A stretch of DNA of 64,000 nucleotides from Candidatus Bathyarchaeota archaeon (lineage in GTDB: Archaea > Thermoproteota > Bathyarchaeia > Bathyarchaeales > Bathycorpusculaceae). Shown here one piece after another: positions 1 through 11,249 of this stretch; position 1 is the first letter of the stretch; each line of letters begins with the position of its first letter. Made by a program: the position numbers and the translations under genes. The notes under the pieces are model-generated. The model saw only the letters and a program-made list of their open reading frames with translations, searched no databases and was not told the origin of the DNA. The stretch covers positions 231,402 to 295,401 of the forward strand of contig CAWABA010000011.1 of the NCBI GenBank assembly GCA_963780185.1, read 5' to 3'.

Positions 1-727
1 CAACGTACCCGTCAACAGGCTTCTGGTGGTGGACGGCGGAAGCACCGACGGCACCTTGGAGCTTCTCCGAAAATACCCCAACGTCAAAATCATCGAGGAT
101 TCGCCTGGCACAAGGGCAAGCGCGCGGCAAAAAGGAATTGGCGCTGTTGGAACGGAGTGGCATATCCACGTTGACTCAGACGTTATTCTCTGCGAAGACT
201 GGTTCAAGGAAGCTTGGAGAACCGTTGCCGATGATGTTGGCGCGGTTTGGGGGGTGGCGGTGCCGAACGAGAAACACTACTACAACGCAACGTACGCCAT
301 GTCTAAGTTGTATCGAATAAGCATCAAAGATTTGATGGTTAGGCAGATGCGCAGCGAACGCTGCATGATGCATGACACTCTTATCCGAACAAGCACGGTT
401 AAAGACATAGCGATCCCAGCGAACCTGCATATCTATGAAGACGACTACATCGGGCAGCACATAATCCGCAAGGGCTTTAGGTTTCTAAAAGTCACCGAAC
501 CATACTGCCTCCACAACGTCACACCTAACGAACGCACCCAAGGGTATGTCACCACAGGCTATCTGCTGAAAGTTTATCATTACGGGCGGCTTAGTCAAAT
601 TCTCCGATGGGTTCTGACGTCTATCCCCAAATCTGCGTGGATATTCATCGTGACAAGGGATTTTCAGGCGTCCAAAACCAACTTCATTAGCAACATATTG
701 ATTTTCAAAGGCTGGTTGGCTGCATAG
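1..727 (+). CDS. GT2 family glycosyltransferase (5'-truncated by the window edge)
   Basis: VDGGSTDGT and HVDSDVIL (DxD) GT-A motifs; frame open from the window start; clear paralog of the next gene. Confidence 0.9.
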   Translation, partial: NVPVNRLLVVDGGSTDGTLELLRKYPNVKIIEDSPGTRASARQKGIGAVGTEWHIHVDSDVILCEDWFKEAWRTVADDVGAVWGVAVPNEKHYYNATYAMSKLYRISIKDLMVRQMRSERCMMHDTLIRTSTVKDIAIPANLHIYEDDYIGQHIIRKGFRFLKVTEPYCLHNVTPNERTQGYVTTGYLLKVYHYGRLSQILRWVLTSIPKSAWIFIVTRDFQASKTNFISNILIFKGWLAA

Positions 728-828
728 AACCTGAAAATGCAGCTTGCGGCGCCCGATTTTGGCGGGCTGGTTTTCAGAAACCTAAATTAGTTCTCTTACT
801 GCTTTAGTGATTCAAATCTGGGGCGCTT

Positions 829-1641
829 GTGTTGAGTGAAAGAGTCGACGTTGTCTTTCTGACGAAGAACAGCATGAAGCCGTGCCTAAAGGAATGCTTG
901 GACTCTGTGTTCGCTAACGTTCCAGTCGGGCGTCTTTTGGTGATTGACGGCGGCAGCACTGACGGAACCCTCGATGTCGTCAGAACCTACGCTAACTGCG
1001 AAGTGATTGATGATTCCGGCGGGAACAGGGCAACAGCAAGGCAAAAAGGCATCGAAGCCGCAGAAACAACCTGGCACCTACATGTTGATTCTGACGTTGT
1101 TTTATGCAAAGGCTGGTTTAATGAGGCTCTGAAGCACCTTAACCCGAAAGTCGGCGGCTTGTGGGGCGTCACTGTCCCAGGTGACAAGCACATCTACAAC
1201 CAAAACAAAGCTATGGCGATACTTCACCGTAAAGACACCATTGACTATATTTTGCAGCAAAAATACCTCAAACGCTATTTGACCCATGACACGTTGCTGC
1301 GAACCGAGGCGGTTAAAGACATAAAGATACCCAGCGACCTACACCAGTGGGAAGACCATTTCATCGGACAGCACGTCGTCGCAAAGAATTATGAGTGGGT
1401 GAAAACCCGTGAACCCTGCTGCCTCCACTACTTCCATGAAGGTATGACCTGGAAAGAATTCGTGCAAAACGGCAAACTTGCAAGGGAAAGCAAATCGTAC
1501 ACTAACCGCCAAATACTGCTCAGAGTGGGCGCCGCCGTTCCCAAGTCGCTTTGGATAATCATGGCAACTGGAGACTTCACCGCCGGCAAACAACAACTCG
1601 AAAACTACATCGGCCTAGCAAAAGGCTGGTACGGGATTTAG
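829..1641 (+). CDS. GT2 family glycosyltransferase
   Basis: IDGGSTDGT and HVDSDVVL motifs; tandem paralog of the upstream gene. Confidence 0.9.
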   Translation: MLSERVDVVFLTKNSMKPCLKECLDSVFANVPVGRLLVIDGGSTDGTLDVVRTYANCEVIDDSGGNRATARQKGIEAAETTWHLHVDSDVVLCKGWFNEALKHLNPKVGGLWGVTVPGDKHIYNQNKAMAILHRKDTIDYILQQKYLKRYLTHDTLLRTEAVKDIKIPSDLHQWEDHFIGQHVVAKNYEWVKTREPCCLHYFHEGMTWKEFVQNGKLARESKSYTNRQILLRVGAAVPKSLWIIMATGDFTAGKQQLENYIGLAKGWYGI

Positions 1642-1687
1642 ACAGTATTTTCAAAGTTGTAAGCAAACCTGTCTCGCTATGCTGGTT

Positions 1688-2689
1688 TTAACTTTTTACA
1701 GATTGTATACTATTACCGAGGTGTTCCCTTTTACCCATGTAATTCTCTGCTTCTACAAAACGCTTCAAAAAGCTGAAAGAGTTTTCTTTTCCAATTTGCG
1801 AAAAAAGCGTTTTACGATCCTTCAAATAGAAAGGTACATACTTCAAGAAATCACTCCAGCCCTTCACTATATTTTTCGCATTCTTGAATCTCAAGTTGGA
1901 CACCTCTATCAAGAGCTCTGCGATCTGCGCTACCGCTAAAGGAATTGACAAGAAAACAACCTCATCGACTTTGGCGCAGACAAGCACGGTTGCGAAAACA
2001 GTACGTGCGTTAAAATAGTAGGCTCGGGGACCCTTTATGCTTGAACCCCTTTTATGCATGCAGTAAACGTCATCAAGAACCTTTACATTTTTCCCTTTAA
2101 GGTCCAACCTCCAAGCCCACTCAATATCCTCATAGAAACCTATGTTTTGGTTAAATGGTGTTTCAAGGTAGACCTGCCGCTTTACAAGGCAGCACGCAAA
2201 AATGAAATAGAATGGTTTTTTGTCGCCGACTGAAGGAAAAAGCTTCGTCAGCAAAAGACCAAATAAGTCATACTCGTGAACATGAAAAAACGGCCATCCT
2301 AAGCCAGCATTTGCGTAGTGGCCTTCCCAATCAAGGCAGACTGGAACAGCGACATCCAACGATAAAGCCCGCGTTTTTTCCACTAGATTTTTTACAGTGT
2401 TGGGGAAAACCTTCACGTCTGCGCTAATCAACAAGACATAATTGCCTTTTGCCTTGGAAACGCCATATGTGTAGGCCTCATCTGCCCCCGGGTCAGCTCT
2501 AAACTTTACAAGTTTAACCCATGGAAAATTCTTTGCAATGTAGCCAGCGCTGCCGTCCTTGCTCCCGCAATCAAGAACGATAACTTCCATGTTCTTGATG
2601 CTGCTCTTTGAGAGTTCGCTAAGAGTGGTTCCTATTATGTCAATATTGTTGAAGCTTAACATGACAGCCGAAACTAGAGGTTCAGTCAA
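1688..2689 (-). CDS. GT2 family glycosyltransferase (rhamnosyltransferase-like)
   Basis: N-terminal PLVSAVMLSFN, LDCGSKDGS, GFYEDIEWAWR motifs. Confidence 0.85.
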   Translation of the reverse strand: MTEPLVSAVMLSFNNIDIIGTTLSELSKSSIKNMEVIVLDCGSKDGSAGYIAKNFPWVKLVKFRADPGADEAYTYGVSKAKGNYVLLISADVKVFPNTVKNLVEKTRALSLDVAVPVCLDWEGHYANAGLGWPFFHVHEYDLFGLLLTKLFPSVGDKKPFYFIFACCLVKRQVYLETPFNQNIGFYEDIEWAWRLDLKGKNVKVLDDVYCMHKRGSSIKGPRAYYFNARTVFATVLVCAKVDEVVFLSIPLAVAQIAELLIEVSNLRFKNAKNIVKGWSDFLKYVPFYLKDRKTLFSQIGKENSFSFLKRFVEAENYMGKREHLGNSIQSVKS

Positions 2690-2896
2690 TAGGTAACTTC
2701 ACTTTTGTTTTATATTTTGGGTTTATGTCAGTTACCAATCGTTGAGTATATTAGCATTTTGGGAGCCGTCGATATTCCAATGCTGCTTTAGTTACGTCGA
2801 TTTTCACATCGTTATCTCAAATAAGCCGAAAATAGCTTTAATAACAAATTTCAGGTAGAATACAAAGACAAGGGCAACTCTATGGATAAAGGGTAA

Positions 2897-3745
2897 TTGA
2901 TGGTGCGCTATCTTCTATACTACACTTTTCACCGTGCCGATGCAGTGTCACTACACCGTTTGATGCGATTGAAAAATATGAATCCTGATGTGACGGTTGC
3001 CCCCGTTTTCGGGGTTGCACAAACCATCAGTTTTCCCATTCCTAAACTTCCTAAAAGATACAAGGATAACTTTGACTGGGTAGCTAGCAGGTCAAACAAG
3101 CTTTTGAAACTAACAAGAGCAATAGACACATCCGTAGAGTCCTTCCGACGCAGAAGTGAACTTCAAGCAATTGCCGCCTCGCTTCAGAAATCTGGGTTAA
3201 GCCTTTACTGTGATTTTACGCCTGTCGGAAAAATCAATCAAGACTTAGTTATTGTTAACTGGTTTGCACGGCAAGGAAAAGACTACGACTTCGATTATCT
3301 AGTCTACGTCGAATACGACGTTTTCATGACTAAAACGCTTGAAGAGTTGTATGCCCCCTACTTAGGGTTTGACGCTGGGTTCGTTGATTATCGCAAGGCT
3401 GAACCAACGTGGCTATGGTACGATTACCCACCTGGCTCTAAAAAATCAGTTCTAAAATGGCTAGAAAACCATAACGCAAGACCGATTATTTACGGTGGGT
3501 TCTTCCCCTGCCATTTCCTTTCCCGCAAAGTTCTGGAGAAACTTGTCGACCTAGAGTTTCCGTCGGCGTTTAACGAGATGCGGTTGCCTTCAGTTACTAC
3601 TGGTCTAGGCTTCTCTGTTGCTCGCCTTGACTTTCCAATGGTTCATACGCCCGGAGTTAACGGGGCTGGGATTTCAGAAGCTGAAATTAAAGCAAATGTG
3701 TCGTCTGGTGTTTTTCATCCTGTTTACGCTGACTTTGAGCTCTAA
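2897..3745 (+). CDS. hypothetical protein, possible GT-A-like glycan enzyme
   Basis: 282-aa ORF inside the glycosylation cluster; FDYLVYVEYDV resembles a DxD-equivalent strand. Confidence 0.6.
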   Translation: MMVRYLLYYTFHRADAVSLHRLMRLKNMNPDVTVAPVFGVAQTISFPIPKLPKRYKDNFDWVASRSNKLLKLTRAIDTSVESFRRRSELQAIAASLQKSGLSLYCDFTPVGKINQDLVIVNWFARQGKDYDFDYLVYVEYDVFMTKTLEELYAPYLGFDAGFVDYRKAEPTWLWYDYPPGSKKSVLKWLENHNARPIIYGGFFPCHFLSRKVLEKLVDLEFPSAFNEMRLPSVTTGLGFSVARLDFPMVHTPGVNGAGISEAEIKANVSSGVFHPVYADFEL

Positions 3746-3814
3746 ATTCTGGTCGAAAGGCTTAATCGGTCGAAGGCATATGCTGATTTAAGCAATGCAA
3801 ATACGGGTGGACGG

Positions 3815-5131
3815 TTGAGGACTGGAATCTTCGGCGGGGGGCTAACGGGATTAACGTTGAGTTACCTGTTAAACCAAAAAGGCATCGACGTCGAGATTCT
3901 GGAGAAGGAGCCTGAACTGGGAGGATTAATGAGGACCCTAAGAGAAGATGGGTTTACTTTTGATTGGGGCGGCTCCCATATTATTTTCTCGAAAAACAAA
4001 GACGCACTGAGTTTTATCTTAAACCTTCTCGGCGAAAACAAAATCTGCAAAAAACGAAACACAAAGATTCTCTACAATTGTTCGTACGTTAAATACCCGT
4101 TTGAGAATGGGTTGGCGGATTTGCCTAAGCAAGACAATTTTGATTGCCTCTTCTCTTTCATCGAAAACTTGCTTGCCAAAGAAAAGGGCGAGCTTAAAAA
4201 ACCTGAAAACATGAAAGAATGGTTCTACTACACTTTCGGCAGGGGCATCGCCGAGAAATACCTTGTTCCATATAACCTGAAGATTTGGAAGCATCCGTTA
4301 GAGGATATGACTTTGGAGTGGGTGGAACGTGTCCCGAATCCTCCTGTTGCCGACGTCGTGAAGTCTTCTCTTGGCATAGAGACGGAAGGGTACACTCATC
4401 AATCAAACTTTTACTATCCCCTCCGAGGCGGCATTCAAAGCGTAATTGAGTCGTTAGCCCGGCATGCTCAAGGAAACATAACTGCTGGTTTTGAAGTTAA
4501 AAAAGTCCGTAAAGAAGATGGCTGCTGGGTTGTCACGGACGGGAAACAGCAAAGAGTCTACGACAAAATCGTTTCCACGATGCCAATTCAAGACTTAGTT
4601 AAAGCAATGGATGCCCCAAAGCAAGTCAGAGCCGCCGCCAAAGATTTGAAGTTCAATTCCTTGGTCAGTGTGATGTTGGGATTGAATAATGCGAAGCTTA
4701 ACGATCTATCTTGGCTGTACATTCCAGAAAAAACTTCGCTGCCGCACCGCGTAAGTTTTCCTTCCAACTATAGCCCTATGGGTGACGCCTGAAGGGAAAT
4801 CCTCGGTTCTTGCCGAAATAACCTGCAAAAAAGACGATGCCACATGGAAAATGAAAGATGAGGAAATCATAAGTCAGGTAATCGAAGATTTGCATCGGCT
4901 GGGCATAGTGGATAAGAAAACCGTTTGTTTCGCCAAAGCTAAACGTTCAACCTATGCTTACGTCCTGACTGACATGGAATATGAAGAGAACCTGAAAACC
5001 ATCAAAAAATACGTTAACGAAGCGGGGATTGATCTTCTTGGAAGGTTTTCAGAGTTCAAGTATCTGAACATGGATAACTTGCGTTGAGAACGCGCATGAA
5101 TTACATGAAGGAGAAGTTCAAAGACAGTTGA
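3815..5131 (+). CDS. FAD-dependent oxidoreductase (protoporphyrinogen oxidase / UDP-galactopyranose mutase-like), frameshifted near 4780 and 5078
   Basis: GGGLTG FAD loop, EKEPELGG, FDWGGSHI; the 4782-5087 ORF supplies the C-terminal LLGRFSEFKYLNMD motif. Confidence 0.85.
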
Positions 5132-5144
5132 CGGCGATGAGGCA

Positions 5145-6710
5145 GTGACGATTAAGCTAAGGATGGATGTGGATTACCCTTACCCGTCGAGGTCCAAAAG
5201 TTTCCTTTACGTTACCTTAGGAATCAAAAACAGGAAAGGCAATGGCTACCTCAAGAACGCCCGCATCATCGCCAAAATGATTAACGAGTCGCCTAAGGAT
5301 GTTAAGGCTTACTGGTTCTTCACGCCGTACACGATTCCAGACAAGAAACTGCTTGATTTGCTCAACCCCCGAACGACATGAAGTTGCGTTGCACATTGCG
5401 ACGGACCCCTATCAGGGAATGGAAAATCCTTGAAAACGAAACCGACAGAACCGTAAAGTACTACACCATCCACGGGACTTCGCGGCTTTTTGCCCAGCTT
5501 ATTTGGGGACGAAAAATAGGCCAAAAACAAGCCACGATACCTCCTGATTTTCCCTTGAAATGTTTCCAAGACGAACAGGAATTCAAAACGTTCAGCATGG
5601 ACAGAATACGGTTTCAGGTGGGTTTTGAAAAAGGCAAAGCCGAAGTTGAGGCATGGATAAAACAGGGCTTCATCGTTTCGATGCATCCTGAGTGGCTGTT
5701 CAAGAAAGGGTCGGATAGAGGTCCCTTCTACGACGTACTTAAAGATCTTCTAGAGGCGGACAAGGACCTTGATGTTTTGCAGGTGAGAAAGAACGCCTTT
5801 GCCAATGTGGCGCGCTCCATCAAGGAGTACGAATTAGACAATGCTCCCTCCGAAGACTTCCTTGAAAAGCTCTCTGAACACGGCGTTGACGTCTTCACTT
5901 TTCTGGAGCGAAAATGGTGCTGCCCCAATCCCCAATCCGCCAGGCACCTGGGAAAAGAAACGAAGACAACGTCGCCTTGCTTGAAATAAAAGACTATGCC
6001 GGCTGGTGGAGCGACGTTGGAAAGAAAACGCGTAACATGGTTAAGAAGGCTGAGAAAAGCGGCATAAAAGTATCAGTCGCGGAGCCAAGCGAGCAGTTCG
6101 CAGAAGGCATATCAAAAATCTACAATGAAACCCCCATCAGGCAAGGGACGAGCCTTTCCGCATTTTGGCGAACCGCTGGAAACGGTTGCTGGCAACATGT
6201 ACGCAGGCGCCAAAAACTCCACCTTCATAGGAGCCTACCTCAACGAAGAACTCGTTGGCATTATCCAAATGGTGTACGGCGACAACATAGCCATCATCTC
6301 CCAGATACTCTCCATGCAGAAGCACTGGGACAAAGCAGTGAACAACGCACTTTTGGCCAAGGCGGTCGAAGTTTGCGTATCCAAAGGGCAGCGATGGCTC
6401 ATGTACGGCAGAATCGGTAATCATCCCTCGCTGGACAGGTTTAAGGAAAGCAACGGCTTCGTCAGCTATCCGATAACGCGTTTCTATGTGCCTTTAACGT
6501 GGAAAGGCAGGGTCGCCGTTCACTTAGGTTTGCACAGAGGAGCTCAAAGATGCGTTGCCTCAGTCGCTGAAGGATAGGCTTATTCCAGTTATGAATTGGA
6601 TCAGCCGCAGCAGAACCCGACTGCGAAGCAAACCCGAAGTGAAATCTGAGGAATCGGATCAGCGAGCCAAACCCGAAGCGACAGACGAAACTGCTGAAGA
6701 GAAATCTTGA
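5145..6710 (+). CDS. polysaccharide-deacetylase-like + GNAT/FemAB-like fusion protein, broken by about 4 frameshifts
   Basis: ORFs 5145, 5378, 5914 and 6125 join into one reading: LRMDVD, EVALH, TIHG, SMHPEW, then KKTRNMVKKAEKSG and SLDRFKESNGF (FemAB/GNAT-like). Confidence 0.65.
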
Positions 6711-6752
6711 TTAGGACAAAAAACCGCTGTGTAGGGTGAGAGGGACAAGCAG

Positions 6753-7904
6753 CTGGCAAAATTCCTGGTTATTCATCCGAACTTGGATATTTACGGCGGC
6801 GGAGAGCGCGTCTGCCACCACGTTTTGAAATCGTTGCTTGAACACGGCGAACATGTGGAACTGTTGACTTTCGACTTTGACCCTGTTCGTTACATGCAGA
6901 TTATGGGTGAAAAACTGCCTGAAAACGTCGTCGTGCACAGCTTAGGAAAACGAATAGATGTTAAGCCCCCGTTCACCGTTTACAAGAGACGTAGCAGAAT
7001 CATCAAGCTAACTAAAAAAATCAAAAATTTAGATTACGACGTTGCGTTTTCCACTCAGACCCTCACAGCTTTTGAGTCGGCGCTGTTTAGCGAGACAAAA
7101 CGGAACATTGCATATGTGCATTTCCCAGAAATCCATCACCGCTACCTGAACTCGGGGCGATTGAAGAAAGTTTACTATTGGCCATATCAGCGTTGGCTTG
7201 ATAAAGACATCAGCAAGCTGAACTTGATCTTCTGCAACAGCAACTACACCAAAGGCATGATTGAGAAATACTGGGGCAAAGACGGAATCCCCGAACCCAT
7301 CGTTGCCTATCCACCCGTCGACTTGGACCCCTTCTGGAACAAAAGCCCGCTTAAAGACCGTTCCAAACAGGTAATCTACGTTGGGCGTTTTATCCCGCAG
7401 AAACGGCACGAGCTAATGAAAAAGCTCGCAATTGACCTTCCCCAAGTCCAGTTCCTAAGCGTAGGCGGCTTGCGGGACACGGAGCAGGAATGGTTTGAAG
7501 CCTTCTCAAAGGATCTTCCAGCCAACTACATTCTTAAGCCGAACGTGCCAAACGAAGAATTAGCGGCGATCTACAAGGAATCTCGAGTTTACTGCCACTT
7601 GATGGAGGGCGAGCATTTCGGGATTACACCGATGGAAGCCTTGGCAAGCGGATGCGTGACGCTGCCCCACAAGAGCGGCGGAACAGGCGAGTTTATCCCC
7701 GACGATTTCAGGTGGCAAACCTACGACGACCTCAAAGAAAAAATATCCCGCTGGGTCGAACCTACGCAGCTCGACAGCGACGTCTGGGACAAGCTACGGG
7801 AAGAGTTATGGGGTAAAATCTCCGTCTTGCAGCCTAAAGTTTTTCGGGAGAAAATCTGGGCGCATGTGCAGCGGCTGATGCAGCAGACAGAAAATGATAA
7901 CTAG
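6753..7904 (+). CDS. GT4 glycosyltransferase (ALG11/ALG2-like mannosyltransferase); probable CTG start
   Basis: HPNLDIYGGGERV N-terminal motif, YVHFP, NSNYT, EHFGITPMEALASG. Confidence 0.9.
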   Translation: MAKFLVIHPNLDIYGGGERVCHHVLKSLLEHGEHVELLTFDFDPVRYMQIMGEKLPENVVVHSLGKRIDVKPPFTVYKRRSRIIKLTKKIKNLDYDVAFSTQTLTAFESALFSETKRNIAYVHFPEIHHRYLNSGRLKKVYYWPYQRWLDKDISKLNLIFCNSNYTKGMIEKYWGKDGIPEPIVAYPPVDLDPFWNKSPLKDRSKQVIYVGRFIPQKRHELMKKLAIDLPQVQFLSVGGLRDTEQEWFEAFSKDLPANYILKPNVPNEELAAIYKESRVYCHLMEGEHFGITPMEALASGCVTLPHKSGGTGEFIPDDFRWQTYDDLKEKISRWVEPTQLDSDVWDKLREELWGKISVLQPKVFREKIWAHVQRLMQQTENDN

Positions 7905-8003
7905 CCAGAACATAACAGTTAAACACGATGCTGAAACACCAGCCGACAGAGGCAACCCACAGCATGCATAAGGCTCAAAAACTCGAAGAGGCGAGGGTTT
8001 AGC

Positions 8004-9227
8004 ATGAAAGTATTGTATTTGGCGAACCCTCTTATGGGTGGAACAGGCGGGGACAGGCGAAGCTTCGAAGTTCTCAGCCGAGTTGAGCAGCACGGAGTAG
8101 ACCCTGTTATTGCAGTGGACGATTTCGTGTTGAAAAAGATGAAGAGCGAAGGAAACCCGCTTTGCCAACGCCACAAAATCTACAGCATTAAACGTCCCAA
8201 CGTTATCTATGACAAATACTTCCGAAGTGCCAGCCGAGCCGCGCTGGATTGCATTTCAATTTATGAAACCGCCAACACAATAGCCAGCATAGCGCGGGCC
8301 GAACGGGTTGAATTCATAGTTTCTCACCATGAAAAAACCGATTTCATGCTTGAAGCCTGCTTCGCCGCAAAAAAACTCCGTCTCCCTTGGACCTGCCTCT
8401 TTCAGCTTCCCCTTTTCCCGCCATACGCCTCAACCGAATGGCGAGTCGTCAGAGGTGCACGCAAACTCTACATGTACGCCCTCTACTCACGGCTGTACAC
8501 TGTAGTTGCAAAAGCATTAAAATCCACTGTGCCGTTGGCTGTCAGCCCTTCCATAGAACTTGAAACCAAAAGCTTCCTCGGCAAAAGCATCAAAATGTAT
8601 GTTCTTCGTCCCGGCGTGGGCGTGGATAACGAAAAAATGCAAAAAGTTGAGGCTGCCCAAGAGCGGGTAGATGCTTTTTTCTTTTCAAGGCTTGCTCCCG
8701 AAAAAGGAATCTATGATTTGCCGCAAATAGCTTCCGAAATGGCGAAGACTAAGCCTGACTTGAAGTTTTTGTTCGGTGGGCGGTTCGGCGCGGTTTTATT
8801 CCAGAAAAACTTTGAAAGTTTAGCAGCGAAAAATCAGCTTGGTGAACGCTTGGTGTACAAGGGGTTTCTTGGGCAAGTGGAGCTTTACGGGTTTGCGAAG
8901 GCAGCCAAAGTCTTGGTTTACCCCAGTCGGCACGATGCGTTTCCTCTGGTTGTTCTCGAAACCCTTGCGTGCGGCACACCCGTCGTCGCCTACGGCATTC
9001 CAGCAATAACGTCTAATTTTCCAGCGGATGTGGTTAAGCCAGTTCCCGTGGGAAACTTTGAGCAGATTGCTGCTGAGGCATTAAAAATCATTAACAATCC
9101 GGACCTTAGAGTGGAGCTTTCTCGAAAAGCCAAGGCTTTCACAGCGCAATATTCGTGGGCTAACGTGGCGGCGGCGGAAGTTGAAGCCTACAGCAGGGTA
9201 TTTGAAAAATTCAAGAATCCTGCCTAA
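8004..9227 (+). CDS. GT4 glycosyltransferase
   Basis: SRLAPEKG and YPSRHDAFPLVVLETLACGTPVV GT-B motifs. Confidence 0.9.
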   Translation: MKVLYLANPLMGGTGGDRRSFEVLSRVEQHGVDPVIAVDDFVLKKMKSEGNPLCQRHKIYSIKRPNVIYDKYFRSASRAALDCISIYETANTIASIARAERVEFIVSHHEKTDFMLEACFAAKKLRLPWTCLFQLPLFPPYASTEWRVVRGARKLYMYALYSRLYTVVAKALKSTVPLAVSPSIELETKSFLGKSIKMYVLRPGVGVDNEKMQKVEAAQERVDAFFFSRLAPEKGIYDLPQIASEMAKTKPDLKFLFGGRFGAVLFQKNFESLAAKNQLGERLVYKGFLGQVELYGFAKAAKVLVYPSRHDAFPLVVLETLACGTPVVAYGIPAITSNFPADVVKPVPVGNFEQIAAEALKIINNPDLRVELSRKAKAFTAQYSWANVAAAEVEAYSRVFEKFKNPA

Positions 9228-9233
9228 GCCAAA

Positions 9234-9503
9234 TCAGAGCAGCATTGCCGCGAGGACTCGGTTTAGTTCTTCTCGGTTTTTGACGCCGCGGAAGATGGCT
9301 TTTCCGCTTGTGTAAAGTCGGAAAGAAAAGTCTTCGAATGTGAGCTCAAAAATTATCCCAGCGATTTTGTTGTTTACGGTGGCTTTCTTTAGGATGTTGG
9401 CGATGGCTTCATCTTTCTTTTCGTATTTAAAGAACACGATGACGTCTTTTTCAGCGCCGCATGTTCCCTCTACCCGTGCCACATAGTCGTCAAGAGTCGC
9501 CAT
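9234..9503 (-). CDS. small protein resembling the C-terminal domain of MoeB/ThiF-like proteins (TCG ... LYTSGKAIFRG)
   Basis: 89-aa ORF overlapping the sufS stop; single Cys; similarity recognised by eye only. Confidence 0.6.
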   Translation of the reverse strand: MATLDDYVARVEGTCGAEKDVIVFFKYEKKDEAIANILKKATVNNKIAGIIFELTFEDFSFRLYTSGKAIFRGVKNREELNRVLAAMLL

Positions 9504-10734
9504 TATAGTCCCTCAATCTCCTTGAGCACCTCAACGAAACGGTCAATTTCTTCTCGTGTATTGTAAATATAGAAGCTCGCTCTCGCGGAGGAATGAAGTT
9601 TGAGGATTTCTTGGTGCAGGGGCTGGGCGCAGTGGTAGCCGCTTCTTATCATTATGCCGTAGTTGTCGCAGATGAGGGCAACATCATGTGAGGATAAGCC
9701 TTCAATGCTGAATGATATGATGCCGCATCTTTTCGTGAGGTCGCTGGAGCCATGAATCGTGACTTTTCTGCATTCCCCCATGCGTTCAAACGCGTATCTG
9801 GTTAGATCTTTCTCGTGGCTTACAACGTTATCCATCCCAACAGCTTCCAGGTACTTCACGGCTTCGCCTAAGCCGATTGCGCCGCAGATGTTAGGGGTTC
9901 CTGCTTCAAACTTCCACGGCAACTCATTTAAAGTTATGCTGCATCCGCCCTGCGGCTAAACTCCACTTCTTTAATCATTTCGCCCCCACCTTCGAACGGC
10001 GGCATCGCTTCAAGCAAAGCCTTTTTGCCGTAAAACACGCCGATTCCCGTGGGTCCAAGCATTTTGTGACCTGAAAAAGCCAGAAAATCCATATCCAAAT
10101 CCTGAACGTCAACAGTCAAGTGTGGCATAGACTGGGCACCGTCTACAAGCATTAACGAGCCGTTGTCGTGGGCTGCCTTCGTGATGCGTTTAACGTCATT
10201 GATTACTCCCGTGACGTTTGAAACTTGGCTTAAACAGGCGATTTTAGTTTTTTTGGAGAATTTAGCTTCGAAATCTTCATAGTCCAGGGTTCCGTCGGCT
10301 TTGACGTTGGCGTATTTGACGGTGAACCCTCTGAGTTTGGCGGTGATTTCCCAGGGCACAATGTTACTGTGGTGTTCCATCAGAGAAACCAGCACTTCAT
10401 CTCCTTTGCCAAGGTTGCTTAGCCCCCAAGAATATGCAACCAAGTTGATGGCTTCGGTTGTGCCTCTGACAAAAACAACCTCAGAGGATTCCTTTGCGTT
10501 TATGAATTTTGAGATTATTTCCCGCGACTTCTCGTATAGGTCAGTGGCTTCCGACGATAAGGTATGGACTGAGCGGTGGATGTTGGCGTTGTGGTTTTCG
10601 TAAAAGTCGATTTCAGCGTTTATCACTTGGCGGGGTTTCTGGGTGGTTGCGGCATTGTCAAAGTAGATCAAGGGGTAGTTGTTGACTTTGCGTTTGAGTA
10701 TCGGGAAATCCTGTCGAATCGCTTGTAAATCCAC
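9503..10734 (-). CDS. sufS: cysteine desulfurase, SufS/group II (frameshift near 9945)
   Basis: YFDNAATTQKP, MEHHSN, DGAQS, FSGHKMLGPTG, FEAGTPN, RSGYHCAQP. Confidence 0.93.
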
Positions 10735-10736
10735 GA

Positions 10737-11249
10737 TTACTTCTCTGCCTTCTCTTCTGTCTTAAGCCTTTTGGACAGCAACTTCGCCAGCTCTTCCTCT
10801 TCCAACGCCTGTTTTTCTTCAAACGTGTTTTCCGCAGGCATCCAGTTGGGAATTGCCACATTTCTCTGCTTAAAATACTGCCGTATCGCACGCTTCAATG
10901 CGCCGACGGCGAGGACTCCGCAGTGGAATTTGACGCTGGGTAAACCGCCGATTTCCTCCGTGACTCTCTTCCAAGTAACGTCTTCCCATGCCTTTTCAAG
11001 ACTTAAGCCCTTAATCATTTCCGTAACGATGCTGGATGTGGCGATGTTTGCGGCGCAGCCGTAGCTTTCAAAACTGGCTTTCTCGATGATGTCTTTGTCA
11101 GTTATTTTCAGGTAAAAGGTTATCATGTCACCGCAAGCTGGGTTCCCAGCCACGGCTACAACGGTGGCGTCATCCATTTTTCCAAGGTTCTTGGGGTTTC
11201 TAAATAAATCCATAACTTTCATGTTGTAAGGTAACGGTATACGCGACAT
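10737..11249 (-). CDS. iscU: Fe-S cluster scaffold, IscU/NifU-N type
   Basis: GNPACGD, YGCAANIA, KFHCGVLA; no SufU-type insertion. Confidence 0.92.
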   Translation of the reverse strand: MSRIPLPYNMKVMDLFRNPKNLGKMDDATVVAVAGNPACGDMITFYLKITDKDIIEKASFESYGCAANIATSSIVTEMIKGLSLEKAWEDVTWKRVTEEIGGLPSVKFHCGVLAVGALKRAIRQYFKQRNVAIPNWMPAENTFEEKQALEEEELAKLLSKRLKTEEKAEK

